This document shows positions 53,598-64,000 of a stretch of 64,000 bases of DNA, piece after piece. The position numbers and the translations under genes are program-made. The notes under the pieces are model-generated. The model worked only from the letters and a program-made list of their open reading frames with translations. It made no database searches and was not told the origin of the DNA. Positions within the stretch are counted from its first letter, which is position 1; every line of letters starts with the position of its first letter. The DNA comes from Chrysomallon squamiferum (lineage: Eukaryota; Animalia; Mollusca), in assembly GCA_012295275.1 (NCBI GenBank), contig CM022670.1, positions 7,998,001 through 8,062,000 of the forward strand, in the 5' to 3' direction.

Positions 53598-55656
53598 CTG
53601 AAGAGAAAACAAGAAAGATTTTTCATTTTGTACGAGCATTCCCAGTAATAAAATCCAGTGTTTTACTTCTCGTTTTGTTGCTTTTTTCACTCTACTTCTC
53701 CAAGGCTATAATCTTTTCAGTGTTGCTGCCTTTTCAAACACTCATTTCCCTGCTAAAAATATGAGATTTGGGTCGTCCTATTTTCCTCTCGAGGGGTGAT
53801 GGGTGACTGTAGGAAAAATATCATCGGCAATGTTTATTGCATGCTGGTTTCAGCCTAACAGTAAATAGAGCATATCGGAATTAAACAAAGCAACCCTGTT
53901 GGAATTTTGGTTATGCCAGAGTGTATCAGGCTTTCTGCTTTCTGTTTGACAAGGACGTTTTTACCAATATGTTCCAGTGGAGACGAGGCATTGAAACAAG
54001 TGCCCGTCTAGGCCATTTATTATTACTTTGAAAACTGACAAAGGAATTTATTCTCTTAATGCAGTGCTGCATGCTCAGACTGGACAAAAGCCGTGTCTGT
54101 CTCAACAGGTCACTGTTTGATTGTGTAAACATAAACACATTTAACCCAATTTAAAGCCAAAAAAAAAAAAATAAATGTAAATAAATAAACAAATTAAAAA
54201 CTGATCCGAATGTCTGTATTTATTATAATAAGGAACCTGTACGTGAATAATTCACTTAACATAAAAAAGGTTTTATTTTGTCAGATTATGATTTGTAATA
54301 TTGATTACGTGGGGTGCTTTTTGATGGTTAATTTAATTCAAAATGTTTTCTTTGTGTTATTATTCAATATATCTGTGTGTGGGTGTGTATGTACATGCAT
54401 GTGTGCACACACACACACACACCACAACATATTTATATATATACATGACAAACAATTGTAAACAGACATAAAATAAACATTAATTCATTACAACATTTAT
54501 AATGTACAACTGTTTACAATTTCATTAATTTCTTTCAGGTAGTAAGTTTTAACATCCCAGTGAAAGCTTAAAATACTACAGCCATACATAAATCAAAAAA
54601 CTTAGTAACCCAAATAAAGAAAAGATAATTACATTATCCCTAACATTTTTTTTTTTTAACTCCAGAATATCTTTTTTATAAATTAACAAAGATTTAAAAA
54701 TGTTTAATTTTAATATTTTGAAATTGTAATAAGGTATAAAAATCAATAAAATAAAATTTAAAATAAAAATTAATATATATATATATTACAACAAAACTAA
54801 AGGATTTAAAGTAGCCAAACCTCTTAAAATCTTCATCATTATCATTTGCAATGGAAAATATCAGTGTTTGTGATCATTTTTTCAACATGATTAAAAAAAT
54901 AATAACAAAATTAAAAAAAAAACATTTTTACATTAGTAATAAGCCAAACATGCTAAGATTAACTTGAAAGTGGCATAATAAAACATTAATTTTTCTTTAC
55001 ATTTCATTATTAACCTTTTTTATAAAGGTGTTACAATTTTGATTTATTTATTTATTTGTTTTTTTAATAAAAAAATATATATATATATATTTTTTTAATA
55101 AATGCACATAAATAAACAGACCTAAAAATAGTTCTGAAATAGATCTTAAATTATCCCAAGCTCATAAAATATTCAAAAAGCATAAACGATTTCAACCTCT
55201 TGGGTATCTGCATTTTGTGTTTGTTTTTTAAACATTTTTTTTCAATGTTTATTTCTTTTTTAAATGCAGGTTATAAAACTTGACTAGGGTACAGAAATGA
55301 AGAAGAAAGCCTATGCAGCTAGTGACATCTTAAAATTATTCGAAAATTACTTTAAAAAAAATTATGATATATTTTCACATAATGTAAATAAAAACAGAAG
55401 TAAAAAAAAAAAAAAACAATAAAAAAAATAATAATAAAATAAAATTTAAATAAATTAAAAAGTATGAAATAAAATAAAAATACTAAATAATAACAAAAAC
55501 GAATTAAAAAAATATATATATATAAAACTAAAAAAAGATAAATTTAAATACTATGAAAATCAAATGAAATATAACTTACACTATACATGTACTTATCAAG
55601 ACTGTCATACTGACATACAAGTGTATACTCATGAACAAAAGAAACTCAAATTTTAC

Positions 55657-55708
55657 CTGCTCTGTTTCACTGTCATCACTGCTGATAACCAAGTCACGAC
55701 TTAATGAA
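55657..55708 (-). CDS. lilli/AFF4-like: AF4/FMR2-family gene, first exon traceable in the window (52 nt; SLSRDLVISSDDSETEQ)
   Basis: ttttttcag acceptor and CAG|gtaaaa donor; phase 2 in, phase 0 out. The peptide resembles the AFF 'L(E)DDLKLSDSED' segment. Its phase fits the next exon. Confidence 0.75.
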
Positions 55709-56519
55709 CTGAAAAAAAGAGACAATAAAATTAAATTTATTAAACCACATGTTAATATTAGCACCATTTTTAAAGTGTGTTAGTGACACTTAAATATGAA
55801 GAGTGTGGACAAACTGACATCTTGTAAACAATGCATACAACAGTATTTATAAAATAATAATATTAATAATAATAATAAAAATAAAATTAAAAAATTACAG
55901 AATATGAACATGTATCTGACAGGTGAGAATATATCTTGAGGTTAAGTGTTGCTGTATTATGTTTATTATTATTTTTTTAATTTTAAATTGAACTTGGTGT
56001 ACATAGAGAAGAATAATTTATATTACAAATAAAAATAAGAACATTTGGTTACAGAGGAGACAAAAGATTTTATTTAGTGTATTTATAATCTGAACAAAGA
56101 ACAACGTTAAATAAATTTTAAAAGTTAATAAAAACAATTTTAAAAAGTGTGTTATCTGTGAAACTTTTATAAGAATATGCATAAACATACATATTTGTAT
56201 ACGTATATTCAATTTCATTTTTATAAACATGCACACACTTTCTATCTTCACAAGCTATCTGTGAAAATGAATGTAACCAACACCACAGAACAAGCCTTTG
56301 TTTTCAACATGAAACTCTAGCCTCATAAAGTTAAAAAAAAAAGAAAGAAAAAAAAGTAGTATAGCCATGAAAGCAAACATCATAAACCTTACTTGACACA
56401 AACAGGTTTGAACAAAGCTACATGGCCATGAAAGCTTTACAGTGATTCCTGTTAAATGTCAGATATAATAGAAATAAGCTGATAATCATAAAAAGTGCTG
56501 TCAGGAACCATAGAAGGTT

Positions 56520-56920
56520 ATGAATTATGATGTCTGATTTATTAACTATCAGTGATTAGTAATGTCTGTATATAACTTATGTAATGATCAATGGGAAAAT
56601 TGGATATGTAATTATTAACTTTGTGTAATAAATATGGTCTGTTATATAACTTATGATCACTGGACTGTTAAATATACATTAACTATGTATTGTATTTACT
56701 ATATATTATGTTCACAGATATTAATTATATGTCATTTACAACTAATTATTATGTAATACATTTATGATCACAGGATTGGGTGTATATTAACTAAGCATAT
56801 CAATGATGTAGTTACACATGTAGGTACACATGTTAATTAAGTGTAATATATAACTAATTATTATGCAGTATAGTTATGATCAGTGGATAATTAGAGTAGA
56901 TAATAATTTATTTACTATTT
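56520..56920. repeat. Degenerate minisatellite (tataact[t/a]at...tatgatca...tattaacta)
   Basis: Recurring ttatgatca, tataact and attaacta blocks. Confidence 0.55.
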
Positions 56921-57375
56921 CAAACACATTAAAGATTTCTATGCATGTACTATCTCTGAATTTACAAGTATTTATTAGCTGCAGTATATCAGTGATTATT
57001 AATAATGTGTACATGTTTGTGTATGACTGTCTGTCTGTCTGAAGTGTGTGTGTGTGCTCACACTTGCTTAATGATGTTCATGTTTTATAATAAGTATTAA
57101 TTTGAAAAAATTTATATTAAAAATTTAATAGTGGTACATAAAATATGCCATATGTTATATGTGTTTATCTGAATTGTAAAATACATATTAAACATGTATA
57201 ATAAAGAGTTAAATATTTATGCATATTAAACACGTATAAATACTGTCTTCCATAAAAATAAGTTATGACCATGCATAATGTATGTTTTATGTTTTTATTA
57301 ACTGTATACATGAAGTTGATGCATGTGTATCTTTGTGTCTGTGTGTGCATGCATATTAAATCTGTATACTATATA

Positions 57376-57406
<31 letters not shown>

Positions 57407-57433
57407 CTGTGTGTTCATGTGTGTCTGTGTTGA

Positions 57434-57466
<33 letters not shown>

Positions 57467-57934
57467 CACTGTGTTAACATATAATGCCCACTGGTATGTA
57501 ATATGATTCTGTATCAAACGGTAAATAAACTGAACTGAACTGTCCGATAATCAATATGTAAACATTCTGGCAACAGAGTGGAAGAAAACAAAGCTACTTA
57601 AAACATGTGTTACTCTCATTAACTAGAATTACAGTATCTCAGTATCTGGGAGGAATGGGGAAATAACACATTTGATGTATTACTAGTCAATCAATACTTT
57701 TAACACGACATCAATTTTATCTCACCTAACTGAGATACAAGTAGTGCATAATGAAAGAAATAAATTTCAAATCATTTTTTTTTTTTTTTTTAACCTTAAA
57801 GATGATATTCATGTGTCAGCTCCAAGGCTCGGTTTTGTAATTAAGCAGCCAAGAATTTAATTAATTATTATTATTAAATTTTTAATTTAAAAAAAAAAAA
57901 ATTGTATTTTATTATTTTATTTTTTTTGGTTTTA

Positions 57935-57969
<35 letters not shown>

Positions 57970-60254
57970 TTATTTACATATACACATCTATCGACTGATT
58001 GTAGAGAACGTGTATTTATGCAGTGTTTGTGGGATACTGCCTGGAAGTACTAAGGAAGACTGATCCTGTTACCTATCATATTCCAACTTACAGTACAGAC
58101 ACGGAAACAACAATAATTATTAAATAGTATATTTGGAAAAAAACCACTAATAATATATATACATATATATATATATACTGCATGTATGTATGTATTCATA
58201 TATCTGTCCGTGTATGCACATACATTTGTACTGATTATTATTTATTGTTATTACAATGTAAAATAGATTTCAAATTTTCATATATATTTGAAATGTATTT
58301 TAGTAGAATTTCAAAACTGCATCATTTATGTGCATTTTATTTTATTTAAAAAAAAAAAAAAAACAAAACAATAATCAACAGAATCATACCTAAACATCAA
58401 ATAAACACACTGACAACAACAACAACACTAATGTTAAAAACTATAACAAAGAAATAAAAATAGAAATAAGATATAAAATGCGTTCAAAAGGATGAAGAGA
58501 TGGATTTCACAATGTGACAGCAGTGTATGTAAATGCAGGAAAACGTAACTAAAAAACGTGGGCAACAGCTGTCGAGATTAGTCTCCCAATAAAACTTTAA
58601 CCCCAACTCAGTGCCGACTTCACTGCACCTACTGAGAAGACAGACATGAAAAAAATTATCCTAAATTATGTAATTTCAAAGATGTCAGGAGCAGAATACA
58701 GAGAGAATTGGTGCAAAAGACTTTGGCACCAAATGACTAGCTCACTTCTAGTGATTCCATTTTAGGAGTGAATAAAAAAAAAAAAAAGGAAACAGTATTT
58801 CTTTTTGGGGTGGTTTTTTTTTTTGTTGGTTTTTTTTGTTCTGGTTTTTGTTTTATCAGAATTTAGAAGAAGCCATATATAAAAAAATGAAGCCATATGT
58901 CTGTTGGGTTTCAAAAATTAAGTTTGTGCTGGAACTGTGCTTTCTAAGAAAAGAGACAAAAAGAAGGAAATAAATTGTATGCTTTAAAAAATAAGAAGAA
59001 GAAGAATAAGAAGTAGAAGAAGAACATAAAAACAGAAATCATTAAGGAAAGTACTGATAATAATGATAATAATAATAATAAGAAGAAGAAGAAGAAGAAA
59101 TTTGTAATAAATATTAATGCCAAATACAACAACAAAAAAAAAAAAATAATAATAAATAAAAATAAAAAAAATTGGAAATAAACCCAGCAAAACCATGACC
59201 ACCTCTAACACAGTAAACAGAGCCAACATGAGATTCATTTTAATTTATGTTGGCAGATGAGATTAAACCCATTTACACACATTAATATTCCACTCCTTCT
59301 TATACATTATACGTTATTTAATACATCTGCAAAAAAAATCACTTATTCAATAAACTGCACAATGATTCAGTATTTATTGTTTTATTATCATTATTTAAAA
59401 AAAAAAAATTTTAAAAAATATAATAAATAAATAAAAGGACTGAATATAAATTTAATACAATTACTGTTCTTATCAAGTTCCAGAGTTCTTATGTTTAAGA
59501 TTTAAAAATAAATAAATAAATAAATATTATTATTATTATTATTTAATATTTTGAATATATTCAGGTTTATATATACTTTTATTAAGAGATGAAATAAACA
59601 ATTAAAAGACAAATATAATGGATATATGTTGTGTCTGTGATGCATATTCATGTATTTTCATTTGTATGTGTAGACATTTGTATACCATGTGTACATGTAT
59701 GTTTATGCAGTGTGTATGTGTTCTGTGATATATATACATGCACTTTGAGTAGGAGTATGTGTGTAAGTGAATGTATGCCCATACCATTGTATCTACTTAT
59801 TTATTACCTTCTTTAGTGAATATGTATGTGAATAGATGCTATGAATAGCTCTGTACTTGTATATATGTGTCTAACAGCTGATGTATACTGATTAAAAAAA
59901 ACAACCCCAAATAACCAACATTTTGGGGGGATTTTTTTGGTTTTGTTTTGTTATAAAACAATCAATATCTATTAAATCCTTTCTAGATACTGTGGAATGT
60001 TATCAGTATTCCTACATTAACATATTAATGGTTTTTCATGAAAACTATACTATTTTCTTTTTTTGATGAAAAAAAAAAAAAAAGGAAGTAAAAGAGATAA
60101 CATAATGAACAAAACCATTATTGTATTGGAAATAAAAATGGTGATAATAAATGTAGTTATGTCAGACATATACACAATACAAATTACACAAAATTGTTAT
60201 TAAAGACATGATAAAACAGTACTTAACATTGTATCAGTGACCCATTTAACACAT

Positions 60255-60560
60255 ATATACCACTGGACATATGAATACCACTGGTCTATTAGATATATCT
60301 GTATTATTGGTCTGTAAAACATCAATATAATTGGTTTATTAAACATACGAGTACCACTGGTCCATTAGACGTACCAACAACACTGGTCTATTAGACACAT
60401 CAATGCCATTGATCCATTAGACATATTAATACAAGTGATTTATTTAAACTATGTCTGTAGTACTGGTCTATCAAAACATGTTAGCACCATTACTCTACCA
60501 AACACAGGACTATAACGTTAAATATATACGTATCACTGACACATATTAATACCACTGACT
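60255..60560. repeat. Degenerate minisatellite, about 26 bp (taccactggtctattagacatatcaa)
   Basis: Roughly ten units, e.g. at 60276, 60352, 60380 and 60404. Confidence 0.85.
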
Positions 60561-63009
60561 TACTACTACAAGATGCAACAGTCTCAGTTTTCTAATTAAG
60601 TAAGAACAGTTACAGACACTGACTGTGATGTCCTTACCACCCTTATTATATTTAATATATTAGTAACTATTAATGGCTTTCAGACCAGAGATATAAGCAA
60701 AACGAACAGACGTTTACTAAATGTCACCATCAAGGCATGGACACTGCCATAAATAAACCTTTAAGTGAAGATAACAAAAATAACACCAGTAAGTAACATG
60801 AAAATAGTGTTTAACTTAATAGTTTAGGCAAAGCCGGGGAAAAGTGTATCGGTATCAAAGAGGGGTGCAGACAGAAAGTTGAGTGTGTATTAACTGTCAG
60901 TGAAACAATTCAGACCAGCAGTTTACACAGGTCAGGCTGCATTAGTGAGCTTTCAACAAAGTTTACTGCTTTCAACAAATTTTTAACAGTGGTGATGAGA
61001 GAAAAATGACAAAGATGTCAGTTGTCATATGGATGCTGGATGTTAACAGAGAGCAGCATGACTGAAAGGTGATCCTGCAACTACTGTAAACTACTGTGTA
61101 ACTGTTTTTATTAAAAAAAATATAAAATAATAAATACTCATTTCAAATTATGTTGGCAGATTATATTGAATCCATTTATAAAACATTTAAAAAAAATGTA
61201 TAATAATAATAATAATAATAATAATTGAAAAATAAAATATTAAAAATTAAAAAATATGTATTAAAATACTTAAATAAGACTGAAAACTTACAGTTTGTTA
61301 ATAATGCAAGTATTAATTTTGTTTTATTATTATTTTAAATCCATTTCTTAGCATCTAAGCTAAGATTAATGCTATAAATTATTTTCTGTTATCAAATCTG
61401 CCATTAAGCTGAGGCAACAAATGTGATGATAATAATATAAGAAAAAAATTGAAATTAAAAATAAATAAATAAATAAAAGGAAGACAGGGAAGGAAAAAAA
61501 AAAAATTAACCTAGAATGTGTGGGGGTAATCCAGATAAAAATAAATGACATCTGAATCATATTACTTAAACTCATATCTTTATTATTATTTTTTTTTAAA
61601 TTAGATATTCATAAACATAATATATATATATATAGTTTAATCTCAGTCGAGCTATTAATTGTATGTAAAGCAGGAAATGAAAATGGCCTAGGAAAACGTT
61701 ACTCTTGACCTGATGCTAACAACAACTACTACTACTACAGCAACAACAGGCAACTAAACTGTATCAAGTGGCTAGACAAACACAGAATGAAATCTCCCAA
61801 CTGTAAAATGGTGCTCCCAGACAAAAGAGAGCCATCAGCTGAAACATAAACAGCCAAGAGATCTGTGGTAACATTATCATTTATTCCGGTCACCCAGTGA
61901 GCATAAATAAAGGGAAATAGTCTAAGTCAGGAGTAAGTAAGTATAAAGGGTTTTGTTAAGATATGGATTGCGTGGCATGATAGATTGATTTAATCAGATC
62001 TCTGAAATGGGGCGGTTCGAGGGCAGAATCATACCAGTGTTTCTTATTGTTAATGCAAATTAAAGTGAAGTAAAAGACTAGGTAAAAATTAAAATACAAC
62101 TTTTAACATTTCAGATGTTATATAATTATATATATATGAAATAAAATAAAGAGAATTTATTTTTCAAATTAAGAAATTTGAAGGTTAAAAAAAAATGCAT
62201 AAATAAATAATTCCAGGAGACACACACACACAAAATAAAAAAAAATAAAATTCAATTATAAAAAAAAAAAAGGAAAGAAAGAAAATGCAAAAAAATAAAA
62301 TAAAAAAATAAAAGTATATATTAATTTTTGAAAGGAGATAATATGTTCAAAAATAAACAGGTCATTTTTTAAAATAGCACTGCAGATGTAATCTAGCTCA
62401 CAATTAGAATTTTATTTATAGGCAATTGTTGTATCCACTGCACTTTTTGTATTTAATGAAACAAGCAAGTTATCATCTGAACAGAGAATTCTAAAATTAG
62501 CTCCAGACTCCCATGGGTAGACCTGTTTTAACAAACAGCTAAACCTGCAGTAACACACTTCACAACTATGTAATTTCAGGCAGAACACAGTTGTAACTTA
62601 ATATATATATATATACATCTATAAAAAAAAAAAAAAAAAAAAAAAAATTTTTCTTTGTAAATATTTGTAATTACCATAGTGTAATACAACCAATCATTTT
62701 ATAAATTCAATCACAACCATAATTATACATGCTAACAAGATACATGTACCATTCTATAAATAAATGTTTTATTTTTTTTAGTTAATTTTTATCTGCTGAA
62801 ACACAACTTTTCTTTTCATTCATTCATTCATTCATTCATTCATTCTATTATTATTATTATTATTATTATATATACTTAACATTGATTTAAAACTAGTACA
62901 TTATTTATTTGTTTATATTATATTTTAGTTTTATATGATTTATGATTTAATTATTGACACTAAATCCTTGGAGGTATCATGTTCAGGGTTGTTTTGTTGT
63001 TTTTTTTAT

Positions 63010-63250
63010 TTAATAAATGACATTTTACATTAACACATTTTAGTGTCAAATATGCATGCTACAATACCAACATAAGAAAAAGAAAAAGATTTGCTGTCAT
63101 AGTATAGAGTTATATTCTTTACAATTAGCTATAAGGTATCTTTTATGTAGACCTTCCAATAGACAGAGAACGGTTATGAGTACTGGTTAGACCGGCAAAT
63201 AGTAAAATTGTTCTATTACACATTATTGATCCTGTTTCTGACACAGCCTA
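63010..63250 (-). mobile_element. Decayed SINE-like copy, same family
   Basis: aatgacatttt...aacacatttt, then taaggtatcttttatgtagaccttccaatagacag, then ttgatcctg, in the same order as the 30.3 kb copy. Confidence 0.45.
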
Positions 63251-64000
63251 CAATCTGTACCAAAGAATATTTATAGAAAGAAGTTTTTATTAAAGTGCTT
63301 TCAGACACAAACTGTGAATGACTGGCTAGAGCAATGGAATGTATTACTTAATGAAGATAAATAATAATAATAGTCAAAATGTTTTTAATGTTGTAAGAAG
63401 CATATTATTATTTCCCTCCCTCCCTTAAATAAAATTACATCTTTACTAGTTAAAAACTAAACTGTTCAAACCAGAAAAAAAAAGCTTTGTAATTTACTGA
63501 TATTGAAAGAAATATACTCATTTCAGATATATATATATATATACAAAATAATAATAATAATAAAAAATAAATTAATTAAAAGGTTAACAGAAAGTGCTGT
63601 CTTTCAACTGGTGCCATGGCACATTCCATACATGCCATATTTTAGCTATGCCACTGGTTAGAGTGTTAGATGATTAGAAAAAAAAATATGATATATCTTC
63701 GCACTCAACTTCAGCTAAATTCAGGTTCAAAGATTTGATCCCTGCGTCTATCAGCCAACATGCTTGTGATTTAATTACATTTAATTATAGGAAAGAACAG
63801 AAATCCAAACTGTAAAATGCTATAAGCAGAGAAATGTACTCTAGATTCTTCCTAATCAATTAAATGATGCAACTATTTTTCTGTAAGACCACATTAAGAT
63901 GCTGAAAATCAATAGTTTGTATGCAATTAAACTTTTTTTCTCTCTCTACCTCGAAGGAAACAAGTTGCTACATGACATTCAAAAAGATTTTAAAATCTGT

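Noticed and set aside
56393-56448. Splice-flanked segment upstream of the 55.7 kb exon
   Set aside because: Its only open frame is phase 1 to 0, incompatible with the phase-2 start at 55708, and the peptide is not AFF-like.

Overview
AT-rich, microsatellite-laden animal genomic DNA. It is eukaryotic and probably an invertebrate; a mollusc/gastropod origin is my inference, not something the sequence proves. Most of the window (17,993-55,708, minus strand) holds the 3' part of one AF4/FMR2-family gene (lilliputian/AFF4-like, super elongation complex scaffold). I traced 13 GT-AG exons with compatible phases, encoding about 1,150 aa: a Ser-rich middle, an AF9/ENL-binding-like motif and the full C-terminal homology domain (CHD). 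The N-terminal exons appear to lie beyond the right edge. One CHD exon has a +1 frameshift, most likely an assembly error. A degenerate tandem array follows the stop codon, and beyond it sits a cluster of RFX X-box-like palindromes. The left end has a CpG-retaining region with divergent YY1/ETS promoter-like motifs, a candidate first coding exon of an unidentified minus-strand gene, and a decayed L2-like LINE 3' end. Introns hold a 75-bp hAT/Charlie-type MITE with a perfect 8-bp TSD, decayed SINE-like copies and several minisatellites. I found no prokaryotic genes, CRISPR, tRNA or rRNA. Nearly all other listed ORFs are low-complexity artefacts. I cannot show a new biological system; the best leads are the 3'UTR array, the X-box cluster and a dual-frame micro-exon inside an intragenic CpG island.
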